Below are positions 20,901-30,996 of a stretch of DNA of 64,000 bases, one piece after another. Numbering within the stretch: position 1 is the stretch's first letter; each line of letters begins with the position of its first letter. Under the pieces are notes generated by a model, which ran no database searches, was not told the DNA's origin, and saw nothing but the letters and a program-made list of their open reading frames with translations. Source of the DNA: a virus; IMG/VR virus record IMGVR_UViG_3300023238_000005, positions 32,001 to 96,000 of that record; one strand, given 5' to 3'. The translations under genes were made by a program, and so were the position numbers.

Positions 20901-21156
20901 CGTCTAGTGGAATATTTAAGTCTACAGCATTATCAACAAAATTGTCGTTGTTCATGTCAAGAGTTTCACAGCGTAGTTGATCTTGATTATAACCAGCAGG
21001 GTTTGCATCTCCTGCATTAAAGGCAGTGGCTGCGGAGCCAGTATACGTTGTTGCACTACACTCAGCACTTGGTGGTGTTGTTTGAGCTACTACGTTAGAG
21101 CAATAAAAGAAGAAGCAGAGCGCCGCCAGCACCCTTGAGCATATTGTTAGTTGCAC
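17965..21156 (-). CDS. large exported protein with Cys-containing repeats, acidic and Ser/Gly linkers
   Basis: Signal-peptide-like N-terminus; repeated QQC..D..YD..C.GY units. Confidence 0.8.
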   Translation of the reverse strand: MQLTICSRVLAALCFFFYCSNVVAQTTPPSAECSATTYTGSAATAFNAGDANPAGYNQDQLRCETLDMNNDNFVDNAVDLNIPLDDNGNPVAYEDASGGMVFSNNTITNKVVSTTFAINTALQAAGIGIEIRGLRYEWEVKKPDASSALELKVNILLGNGQTLYQAVYNYDGQQFVDWTAFNADEPPGAAFQTADDWTVKSTMSGNGQGSGVRNIKYTISYAPVVGHEDDFSDTYDYGLTAFENQCAADPMSSDQCPGYTAAYTQQQCSADSLYDPSCDGYATAYYDQQCTADALYDSGCPGYEAANTAQQCDIDQSYDPSCPYYNQSQAKMTVPGMNVSGQGSDYIFIFRGNNPEVFATLQANLANLFDWMWECTSGAECGDNQIGYIKDAVQQGDDYIFLYTEDIDGNVITPQSGKWYEFIEIDTACSADGTYTQRCAGYADTIEDQQFEQDCNVDPQSSMMCNGYQEEQFEDEYDGQDDYSGQDDGSMDDNFDGQFDPNMPFDPNMPFDGQLSGVDIQATTGIDVQASTGIDLESSTGIDQEMATGIDDSAAKGEVEVDMQGALDLMGPDENGEQFDLESFENGPMDMPSEEDIAREQAEFEQFFEEADSFGGANGLPDFPGEAFPDAFEELPFEDAFEEMPMDDIFADSPLDNLDPLNEEQFEALPDMLEEAFDAAIEEEQMIAEEQAMAEEQMVAEEMAMEEAEVREELAEAFEEELSESVEELAPIEEISATPDTPRTSKSTSVKKRALSIASEATAAAAENTAATEASTSASDSNDSGNAGDSGNSSSTNNGSGDNGNSSSGNSGSDDMGSNSGSSGGNNNSGSSSGSSSGSSSGSSSGSADFGGSNTSADFGSNSSGGFSSQDFNSATGQPDLQTGDAGIGAMTGGNDTQMLASQGLSTQELTGEVEDLGSGQVSYSFGNIDATVASDISNVIAAELNQMIIDITKRTLEEANEMGEPLDEVSEEELEAQQELEDDLVEKAIAGDDSEDAQAALLGYNPNFRQYVQPQMPTNSNWYGSDGIYTDQQNYDNPSSRFFSGASDETHQAMVRQQYERK

Positions 21157-22306
21157 GTTCTTTTTCCTCCTCAGCCTGTACTACCTTAGGTTGCAGTTCC
21201 GGATTTGCATTCCACTTTTCTTTTGCTTCTGTGCCTATGCTTCCATCAAACGGACAAGGTGTGCCTGCCATTTCCATAGAGCGATATACTCTTTCATCTT
21301 GGCAGAGCAAACTAACAGCCGCTACCTTCATGCCCATGTTATACAATGTCTTGCTAAGTTTTAACGCTTCGCAATTCATATCTCTCACATGAGTACCGCC
21401 TGCAATACCAATAATCTGTGTTTGGACTGCACCACTTATACTAGTTGTACAAGTATCATTGCCGCCGGCATTTACAGTAGGAGCAATTGCACTTGGAGGA
21501 GGTGCAATAATCTTTTGTGTGATAGTGCTGTTATTGTTATTATTGTTAGTGTTCTCGTTTTGACTAGTGCTGTCAACAGTAGTATCGTTCTTATTGGTGT
21601 TAGTATTTGAGTTAGTATTTGAATTCGTATTGTTGTTAGTATTTGAATTCGTATTATTACTAGTACTGTTTACAGTTTGATCTACTGTGCTGTTGTTTGT
21701 GCTGTTTACGGTTTGATCTACTGTGCTGTTGCTAGTATTGTTATTTGTGTTGGTGTTTGTATTGTTTGTTCCGCCACTCATTACGTTGTTATTGGTGTTG
21801 GTTGCTGTGCTGTTACTAGTGTTATTATTTGTATTTGTGTTGGCACTAGTGCTGTTTACTGTGCTGTTGTTGGTGTTAGTATTGTTGTTTGTATTCGTGT
21901 TAGTAGTTCCGCCACTAAGTACGTTGTTATTCGTGTTAGTAGTTCCGCCACTTATATTATTGTTATTTGTATTCGAGTTGGTATTTGTGTTAGTACTTGT
22001 ATTAATATTTGTATTAGCATTGGTATTTGTGTTATTGTTTGTGCCACTGTACGTTGTGTTATTTGTGTTAGCATTAGTATTTGTGTTATTGTTTGTATTT
22101 GTGTTGGTGCTAGTGCTAGTATTATTATTCGTGTTGGTGTTGGCATTAGTACTGTTTACTGTACTATTGCTGTTAGTTGTGCTATTTGTTTCTACATAGC
22201 TAGTTTCGTCAAAATTTCCATCTGCATCATCTACTACCTGCGCGAAAGCTGCTGTGCTTGCCGAAATTAACGCCGCAATGATTGCAATTTTTAACCCAAA
22301 TTTCAT
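21095..22306 (-). CDS. exported Asn/Thr-rich repeat protein with Cys-containing C-terminal domain
   Basis: Signal peptide MKFGLKIAIIAALISASTAAFA; about 230 aa of TNTNNN-type repeats; PPPSAIAP...C...C...LLCQD...GTPCP; C-terminal hydrophobic tail. Confidence 0.8.
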   Translation of the reverse strand: MKFGLKIAIIAALISASTAAFAQVVDDADGNFDETSYVETNSTTNSNSTVNSTNANTNTNNNTSTSTNTNTNNNTNTNANTNNTTYSGTNNNTNTNANTNINTSTNTNTNSNTNNNNISGGTTNTNNNVLSGGTTNTNTNNNTNTNNSTVNSTSANTNTNNNTSNSTATNTNNNVMSGGTNNTNTNTNNNTSNSTVDQTVNSTNNSTVDQTVNSTSNNTNSNTNNNTNSNTNSNTNTNKNDTTVDSTSQNENTNNNNNNSTITQKIIAPPPSAIAPTVNAGGNDTCTTSISGAVQTQIIGIAGGTHVRDMNCEALKLSKTLYNMGMKVAAVSLLCQDERVYRSMEMAGTPCPFDGSIGTEAKEKWNANPELQPKVVQAEEEKERATNNMLKGAGGALLLLLLL

Positions 22307-22406
22307 ATAATTACCCTTGTTGAATAGACGTGTGTCTATACCCTCAGTAATATTTATCATTCGATGTTAAAAATTTAACACCTAGTTAATTGTTATAAAT
22401 AACTTT

Positions 22407-22664
22407 ATGCCAAATAACGACACAGGTCCTACAGAGCAAGATGCAATGTTCCAAATTTTCAGAGAAATATTCGATGAATCGCGTAGTATTGAACCTATTG
22501 TAATTCCTAATGATTTGAAGGACGTTATTGAAAAATACGAACGTCAGCATATAATGGATGCATTAGAACACTACGAGTTCAATCAAACGAAAGCTAGTAA
22601 GTGCTTAGGTATAAAACGTACTACACTTATTGCTAAAATGAAAAAGTTTGATATTGTATATTAA
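22407..22664 (+). CDS. Fis-family helix-turn-helix protein
   Basis: E...I..AL.....NQTKA...LGI.RTTL..KMKK; preceded by TATAAATA. Confidence 0.8.
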   Translation: MPNNDTGPTEQDAMFQIFREIFDESRSIEPIVIPNDLKDVIEKYERQHIMDALEHYEFNQTKASKCLGIKRTTLIAKMKKFDIVY

Positions 22665-22843
22665 TCTGTCGTAACTGGCGGATTAGCAATGTATAAACAG
22701 TCAATGGTTTCTCCAGTTTTAGTAACTAAGATATGTGCTTTTCCTAATTCTTCTCCACATTCTTCTACAGTTGCATAAGTTCCTAAGTGATAGTATCTCA
22801 TATCACCGCCACTGTTAATTGCTAACCAAATTAGTATCCACAT
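22661..22843 (-). CDS. small hypothetical protein
   Basis: MWILIWL...Y.T..EC...C pattern. Confidence 0.5.
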   Translation of the reverse strand: MWILIWLAINSGGDMRYYHLGTYATVEECGEELGKAHILVTKTGETIDCLYIANPPVTTD

Positions 22844-22844
22844 A

Positions 22845-23327
22845 TTACCATTTCCCTGTTCCTGCACCTATTACATAAACGATACCACCTAATACACTAG
22901 CTAATGCTACTGCCATTACAATACCTACTATCCATTCAATAATTAGTTGTTTGCGTTCTTCAATAGCATACACTTCTGCGGCACGTTTCTTTCGCATTTG
23001 ACCTTCGATCCGTACAATTTCTTCCCAAGCTGATGGACCATAGTACAATGATATGTGACTACGTAATTCTTCACGCATCTCTTTTGCTTTTGTTTTATGT
23101 CCCCACACTTCTAGTGCATTGGCTTCTACATTACTAGCGCCAAACATTTTTTTGAATAAAGGTGGATTTTCAGCTTGCTTGTGAGAAAAGTCTAAGTCTG
23201 ACATTGCGCCAGCCCACTGCGAAAGTGTACCTGCCATATCTGACAGTTCTTTTCCTGTACTTATTGCTGATTTAATGCCGCGATATGCAGCGGATGCCAG
23301 GCCAATGGCAGTTACTGGATCTATCAA
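22845..23327 (-). CDS. hypothetical membrane protein
   Basis: IDPVTAI N-terminus; C-terminal TM helix. Confidence 0.7.
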   Translation of the reverse strand: MIDPVTAIGLASAAYRGIKSAISTGKELSDMAGTLSQWAGAMSDLDFSHKQAENPPLFKKMFGASNVEANALEVWGHKTKAKEMREELRSHISLYYGPSAWEEIVRIEGQMRKKRAAEVYAIEERKQLIIEWIVGIVMAVALASVLGGIVYVIGAGTGKW

Positions 23328-23391
23328 ACCAATGCCCTTTCATTTGATAGGAGCGCCCTCACGCTCTACAAATGTATTTATCAGATAGTTG

Positions 23392-25056
23392 TTAGACTGT
23401 GGCGTTTGGATCGTTAACTTGCTTGGTTTGATCTGCTGGTGCATCGTCAGGCTCAGCTGGGTTTGTAGGCGCTGTTTTGTTCTTTTCTACTTGAGCTGCA
23501 TCTAGTTTTTCAACATTAGCAAGCTCTTTTAACAGAGGACCCATTTCAACTAGGTTACGAATCGCATCAGCACTGGTTCTTGAACTCAATTGTACTAATA
23601 CTGCTTTGCCGTCTAATTTTTCAGCGCCGTCTTTGCCAAGAGTTCTAACTGCTTCTTCACCTTTTAGTTCGCCAATAATACTAATTCTGTGAGTTGAAAG
23701 ACCTTGATCATTTGTTACTCTTAGGTCATAAAGTTCTAATGCTGATAATAGTCTAGCATCAAACGCTAGTTCTTTGTATGCTACTTTTGCACTAGGCGAA
23801 AGAATAACCATTGTTACACCTTCTTCGCCTCTTGTTGCATGAAAGTTAATAGCATCATACACATGTTGTACAAGTTTGAATTCTTTGCTTGTGTCGTCAC
23901 CAGCAGTGTATGCTTGTACCTGCTTGGCCATTTCTGAATACAGTTTAGCAAACGGACCGTTGCTATAGTTGTGATCTTTGTAGTCTTCTTCGTTGCTGCT
24001 TTTAAATCCAAAATCTTGTTTCATAGAATCTGGAAGTCTAAACTTAAATATGCTTTCAAAGAAATCACTTACAGTTTCCCACTCTCCGCCGCTTATTTGT
24101 CCAAACTGTTTTACAGTTCCAGCTTTTAAACTTAGTAGTCTTTGTGGCTTACCATCATACTCGAGTTTCAAGTCAACTTTAGTTGAGCTCTGTTGTGTAG
24201 CATCGCCGCCGTCGGAGATAATACTAATTTGATTGTTGCCTTTTAGTTCTAGTTTGGCTTTATCAACTGCTGTGGATGCTCTTTTATTTTTGTTTGCATA
24301 TTCAACAGCATCTGTCACTTGCTTTTGCATGCTGTCCAATGTTTCCTTTTTAACTTCAAACTCTGTGAAAAGTCGAAGATCTCCGACAGCACCCATTGGA
24401 TCTTCTTCGTCTATCCATAGTTTTAATGGTTTCATCGATGCACTATTAAGTGTTAGAGTAAATTTATAGTTGTCATCGACAACTCCAACAGTTTGATAAT
24501 CAGTTGTGCCTTCAGCAATGCCTGATGCTACTACATCTTTTAGAACTCGTATAACATCGTTTTTAGAAATGTTCCTGCCGCCTACTGCAAATTTTGCAGA
24601 AAGTGCAGAACCCAACACTGCTTCGGCAATATCGCCGAGATTAGGGACCAATGAGCCTTTTACTGCTTCATTCTTTTTCAGTTTATTAAGTGGAACTTCA
24701 TCGCCGTCAATAAAGAATTTAGTATTTTTTATAAAGTCTGGATAATTTGATAACGCATATGTTTCCCAATCATCAGTGGACATTTCCTTACCGTTAACAG
24801 TAATCTTGTCTACCTTGCCAGCTTTTTCAGGAGCTTTGCCTGCCGAGCCTTTTGCACCAATCTCGGCGTAGACAAAATCTTTGGCATTTCTAATACTCTT
24901 TGCTGTAGCAATTACATATTTGGTAGGCTTGCCTGTGCCGCCAGCTTTTTTATCACCAGACGCTAACCAATTTTTTCCACTCATCATTGAGGCTTCTGCC
25001 AAGTCAGTCTTTGCTTTAACTTTTGATTCTACAATTTTAATATCTGAAAAACGCAT
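23392..25056 (-). CDS. putative virion-associated protein with PD-(D/E)xK-like nuclease motif
   Basis: GDIAEAVL...KVDL...LLSLK; late-promoter-like TATAAATA upstream. Confidence 0.5.
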   Translation of the reverse strand: MRFSDIKIVESKVKAKTDLAEASMMSGKNWLASGDKKAGGTGKPTKYVIATAKSIRNAKDFVYAEIGAKGSAGKAPEKAGKVDKITVNGKEMSTDDWETYALSNYPDFIKNTKFFIDGDEVPLNKLKKNEAVKGSLVPNLGDIAEAVLGSALSAKFAVGGRNISKNDVIRVLKDVVASGIAEGTTDYQTVGVVDDNYKFTLTLNSASMKPLKLWIDEEDPMGAVGDLRLFTEFEVKKETLDSMQKQVTDAVEYANKNKRASTAVDKAKLELKGNNQISIISDGGDATQQSSTKVDLKLEYDGKPQRLLSLKAGTVKQFGQISGGEWETVSDFFESIFKFRLPDSMKQDFGFKSSNEEDYKDHNYSNGPFAKLYSEMAKQVQAYTAGDDTSKEFKLVQHVYDAINFHATRGEEGVTMVILSPSAKVAYKELAFDARLLSALELYDLRVTNDQGLSTHRISIIGELKGEEAVRTLGKDGAEKLDGKAVLVQLSSRTSADAIRNLVEMGPLLKELANVEKLDAAQVEKNKTAPTNPAEPDDAPADQTKQVNDPNATV

Positions 25057-25083
25057 GTAATTGTTCCTATTTCTTTTTAATAT

Positions 25084-25770
25084 TTATACGATTTTAGGAA
25101 ACAACATGTCTGTGCAGAACTTGTCTACGTCTGCTTCATCTAAACCTAATGATTTCATTGTGCGAGGAGTGTGTGGATTCTTTTGCTGGTTTTCACAGTA
25201 GTAATTCTGTGCGCCGATAACCATATCGCTATTCCCACTGCCAGTAAATTCGCCTATCTCATCAAAGTATGCACGTAGGTTATCTTGTGCTAGTTCTATA
25301 ATAGCAACTGCTTCGTCAATGTCACTTACATTGCCTGCGGCAAGCATCTTATCTGTAAAGATGTTAGTTGCCCACTCAGGTAGTACACGTTGCTTGCTTG
25401 GAATAAATTCTGCTACTGCTTCCTTATAGCCTGCAATCATAGGATTGTCGTGATCACTACTAGGACTAAAGTCGTGAAATGCACCTGTCATTTTGTTCTT
25501 GCCTGCAATAACATCAAAGCCGTATATTGGCCCATCGTTTTGTATTACAGGAAAAACGCATACGTGCATCATCCACAAGCCTTTGCTATCGCGAGCATCT
25601 ACAACATCAATGTGTGCTCTGCGTACATTGTCGTTAGCCCATACACGGTTAACCCAAGTATCGCTGTTAAAGTGTGCTAGTCCTGGCTCGTCATATTCTG
25701 TTGCCTTCTCGTCAAAGATGCTAATTATTTCTTCTTGGCATTCAATTAGCCTATCCCAAATAGTACTCAC
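25084..25770 (-). CDS. ferredoxin-dependent bilin reductase (PcyA/PcyX-type)
   Basis: RRAH....MMH.C.FP...PIYGFD......AF.DFSP...LPEWA..IF...Q..YC..Q..N; adjacent to heme oxygenase. Confidence 0.85.
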   Translation of the reverse strand: MSTIWDRLIECQEEIISIFDEKATEYDEPGLAHFNSDTWVNRVWANDNVRRAHIDVVDARDSKGLWMMHVCVFPVIQNDGPIYGFDVIAGKNKMTGAFHDFSPSSDHDNPMIAGYKEAVAEFIPSKQRVLPEWATNIFTDKMLAAGNVSDIDEAVAIIELAQDNLRAYFDEIGEFTGSGNSDMVIGAQNYYCENQQKNPHTPRTMKSLGLDEADVDKFCTDMLFPKIV

Positions 25771-26324
25771 GATTCTTTTGCCTCACTTAATTCTACAAAC
25801 ATTTTAGTTGCAAAGTCAAAACATAGTTTAGCTTCGTCTGCCATGCTATCGTCTAGTCTAGCACGTACCATTTCTTTAAGTTCATCGTGTCCTTTGTCAA
25901 ACTTGTACATACGTCCTTCACCTGGAACACGCTTGGCAATCATCTGTCCGCCACTTAGGTCACCCATGTGTCTTACATAAACATGTGCCATAAGTTTGTC
26001 AGCATCATCTTTAATACTCATTAAGTGATCCATATACTCTTTTACTACTGGCATTAGTGGAGGTTGATTAGCATTTGCTTTGCCCCAAAGTTCTTGATAA
26101 TCTTCGTGTATACTTGGAGCTCTGCGCAATTCTGGCATGCCATCAAACAATCCGTGCATCATAGCAAGCATTTCTAGCATGTTATATTGCGGATGCTGAT
26201 TAAACAAGTAACAAGCATAACGATCGTCAGTTATCTGCGTTGTCTTATTGAACATCTCTTTCACAAACGTTTGACGTTCTGCGTTCTTATGATGCTCCAT
26301 TGTTAGTTCTTTTAAGTTGCTCAT
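25767..26324 (-). CDS. heme oxygenase
   Basis: LKE.T...H..AE, AHVYVRHMGDLSGGQMI and EA..CF motifs. Confidence 0.92.
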   Translation of the reverse strand: MSNLKELTMEHHKNAERQTFVKEMFNKTTQITDDRYACYLFNQHPQYNMLEMLAMMHGLFDGMPELRRAPSIHEDYQELWGKANANQPPLMPVVKEYMDHLMSIKDDADKLMAHVYVRHMGDLSGGQMIAKRVPGEGRMYKFDKGHDELKEMVRARLDDSMADEAKLCFDFATKMFVELSEAKES

Positions 26325-26623
26325 AGACTCTCTTCTACTGTTACTTGCAGAGGGAATCCGTGATTGCGACTTGCATTTATCGCTTCGACACTCTTTTGCT
26401 CTGCTATCTCGTACTTATACGTGCCTACTACAGCAGAATCTTCATTATGGATTTTCATTGTAATTGCCTCAGCGGCAATATCGCTATGCTTAAATATTTC
26501 TTTAAGAACACCCAATACCCATTCTATAGGAGTAGCATCATCATTGAGCATGATCACATCGTAATCACTAGGCTCTTTAATATCTAGTTTAATTTTTTCG
26601 TCAATCTGTACGTCAGTTGTCAT
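26321..26623 (-). CDS. clpS: Clp protease adaptor ClpS
   Basis: P..Y.VI.LNDD.TP.EWV...F......A....IH....VVG.Y..EIAE.K...FPL. Confidence 0.92.
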   Translation of the reverse strand: MTTDVQIDEKIKLDIKEPSDYDVIMLNDDATPIEWVLGVLKEIFKHSDIAAEAITMKIHNEDSAVVGTYKYEIAEQKSVEAINASRNHGFPLQVTVEESL

Positions 26624-26644
26624 GTTATATCCTAAGTGTAAGTT

Positions 26645-26666
26645 GGGGGAGATATTTCACTCCCCC
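26645..26666. terminator. GC-rich hairpin after hsp20
   Basis: GGGGGAG-atatttca-CTCCCCC. Confidence 0.55.
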
Positions 26667-26673
26667 GGTTTAG

Positions 26674-27147
26674 TTACTTGCTGTCTGTGTCAACTGCTTC
26701 GTGTACTGCGCCTGAGTAATCTTTAATAGCGATTTTCTTAGGTTTTAGTGCATCTGGCAGATTTCTTTGTAAGTGTATATTGAGCATGCCTAGTTCAAGA
26801 CCGGCCCCTTCAACTTCAACGTGATCAGCTAATGTAAACTCTCTTCTGAAGTTGCGTCCGCCAATACCTTTGTGCAGGTAGTTAACTGATTCATCTCCTT
26901 TTGGAGCCGTACCTTCAATCTTTAATTGATTACCATCTGTAGTAATATCAAGATTGTCCATACCAAAGCCAGCAACAGCTAATGAGATCATATACTCATC
27001 ATCGTTTATTTGTGCAATGTTGTATGGGGGATATCCGTTTCCGTTTGGACTATTTGCAAAGCCTCTTTCGAGTTCATTAAATAGTCTGTCAAAGCCAATA
27101 GTAGCTTTGTGGAAGTGTGGTAGATTTATTGTGTCAATTCTTGTCAT
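26674..27147 (-). CDS. small heat-shock protein (IbpA/Hsp20)
   Basis: IGFDRLF, YPPYNI, LAVAGF, YLHKGI..R.F.R.F.LA. Confidence 0.95.
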   Translation of the reverse strand: MTRIDTINLPHFHKATIGFDRLFNELERGFANSPNGNGYPPYNIAQINDDEYMISLAVAGFGMDNLDITTDGNQLKIEGTAPKGDESVNYLHKGIGGRNFRREFTLADHVEVEGAGLELGMLNIHLQRNLPDALKPKKIAIKDYSGAVHEAVDTDSK

Positions 27148-27224
27148 TTTGTTTTCTCCTTTAAAAAAGCAAGATATAATTGTGTGACCCTCACGGCATC
27201 ACACAATTATTTATCATCAAACAG

Positions 27225-29151
<1,927 letters not shown>

Positions 29152-29203
29152 CTTTATTTCTCCTTTAAAGCAAGATTTAGTTTGAGCTCTTTCGACGCTC
29201 GAT

Positions 29204-30331
29204 TTATTTATTATTGTTAGCATACACAGCATTGAATTGCTGAGTACAACGAACAAAAGTTGTGCATTTGCTAAGTTGCTTGAGCTTCATAGCGCCTGCA
29301 TAAGTGCAGGTAGATCTAATACCACCGAGTAAATCTTGTATGGTTACACCAACAGAGCCCCTGTATGGTATTAGAACTTCCCTGCCTTCAGAAGATCGAT
29401 AATCTTTCAATCCTCCAAAGTGTTTCGTGTTTGCTGCATCACTACTCATACCGTAGAACTGTATAAAATCTTTTGTTTCTACGTACTGCTCGCCAGTTTG
29501 ATTATTAAGTTCGTTTGACAGATAACTTCTAGTAATAATTTCGCCGCCACCTTCATCGTGTCCGGCAAGCATACCGCCAAGCATTACAAAGTCGGCACCG
29601 CCAGCAAAGGCTTTAGCCACGTCACCAGGGCAAGTACAGCCGCCATCAGCAATAATATGTCCACCCAAACCATGAGCGGCGTCAGCGCACTCGATGACCG
29701 CACTAAGCTGCGGATATCCCACACCAGTTTGTATACGAGTAGTACACACGCTGCCAGGCCCAATCCCAACTTTAATAATATCAGCTCCATTTAAGATTAA
29801 CTCCTCTGTCATCTCTCCAGTAACTACATTACCAGCAATGATTACAATGTGTGGAAATGCATCGCGCACCTTCTTAACGTGTTGTGCAAAGTGTTCTGAA
29901 TAACCATTTGCAATGTCCATACATACGTATTTTAAGTTACCATCTGCTAATGCAATTACACTTTGTAATTTGCACCAATCGTCATCACTAGTGCCAATGC
30001 TCATTGCAACATGATTAGTACGTAGATAGTCGTCAGTATTAAAGAACTCTATAAGTTCATCTGCTGAATATGTTTTAACTAGACAAGTAAAGATGCTTTT
30101 TTTAGCAAGTGTATCTGCCATTTCAAACGTACCAACACCATCCATATTACTTGCCATAATAGGAATGCCAGTACAGTGTACATCATCTATATTTTCAGGA
30201 AAGTCTGGAACGTAGTTCCTAAATGTAAAACTTCTATTTAAAACTACTTGCATACGTGATTTAAGTGTTGATCTCTTTGGACGTATAAGAACATCTTTGT
30301 AGTCTAACTTAATATCTTCTTCGAGGCGCAT
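29204..30331 (-). CDS. guaC: GMP reductase
   Basis: [45 protein letters not shown]. Confidence 0.95.
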   Translation of the reverse strand: MRLEEDIKLDYKDVLIRPKRSTLKSRMQVVLNRSFTFRNYVPDFPENIDDVHCTGIPIMASNMDGVGTFEMADTLAKKSIFTCLVKTYSADELIEFFNTDDYLRTNHVAMSIGTSDDDWCKLQSVIALADGNLKYVCMDIANGYSEHFAQHVKKVRDAFPHIVIIAGNVVTGEMTEELILNGADIIKVGIGPGSVCTTRIQTGVGYPQLSAVIECADAAHGLGGHIIADGGCTCPGDVAKAFAGGADFVMLGGMLAGHDEGGGEIITRSYLSNELNNQTGEQYVETKDFIQFYGMSSDAANTKHFGGLKDYRSSEGREVLIPYRGSVGVTIQDLLGGIRSTCTYAGAMKLKQLSKCTTFVRCTQQFNAVYANNNK

Positions 30332-30345
30332 TTTGTATTACCTTT

Positions 30346-30603
30346 TTAATATAGACGGTTTTTAGAACTTGTTGGTGTAGCTTCGTTCATTGTTGCAAGT
30401 TTCTTGAGCCAACGTGCTCTGCCTGCTTTTTTGGCTTTAGCTCGTTTAGTAGTTGGCTTTTCATAAAACTCACGATTACGTAGTTCCTGTAAAATGCCGT
30501 CTTCTGCGATCTTCTTTTTAAACTTGCGTAGTGCAAAGTTAATGTCATTGTTTCGTACTTCAACGCTTAAACCGCGTTTTTCAAATTTATCATTGTGTCT
30601 CAA
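30346..30603 (-). CDS. rpsU: ribosomal protein bS21
   Basis: V.VRNN.I..ALR.FKKK....GI..E.R.REFYEKP...R. Confidence 0.9.
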   Translation of the reverse strand: MRHNDKFEKRGLSVEVRNNDINFALRKFKKKIAEDGILQELRNREFYEKPTTKRAKAKKAGRARWLKKLATMNEATPTSSKNRLY

Positions 30604-30988
30604 AGTTGTCTCCTATTTTAGACAAAAAATCTAAGTTGTATATTTTATTACTACTTAAACTATTATACACTGAATCCTGGCTGTTTGTCAACCAGTAAGT
30701 TTTGTTTTTTGCAATCATATAGCTTGCAAGGTCTCTGCACCAAGGCGATGTATTATCTATATCAATTATAGCTACATCGCATTGTTTGAACACACTTAAC
30801 AGCCATGTTACTTCATCTTTGTCATGGACAGGTTTGTCGTATACATAGACATTAACATCGTCATCAGACTGTGCCAAGAATTTATCTTGGAGTTCATCTT
30901 GTAGGGGTTTACTGGGATATACTAACAACAGTTGAAGACTGTCATTGAATAACACATCCGGGGATGTAACAATGTTAATTTTTTTCAA
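30590..30988 (-). CDS. hypothetical protein
   Basis: ORF in operon. Confidence 0.6.
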   Translation of the reverse strand: MKKINIVTSPDVLFNDSLQLLLVYPSKPLQDELQDKFLAQSDDDVNVYVYDKPVHDKDEVTWLLSVFKQCDVAIIDIDNTSPWCRDLASYMIAKNKTYWLTNSQDSVYNSLSSNKIYNLDFLSKIGDNFETQ

Positions 30989-30996
30989 TTAAGAAC

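Noticed and set aside
21500-22200. Repetitive DNA as a CRISPR array or satellite; Val/Leu-rich plus-strand ORFs
   Set aside because: Repeats are degenerate codon-level Asn/Thr repeats of the minus-strand gene with no repeat-spacer structure; plus-strand ORFs are antisense shadows
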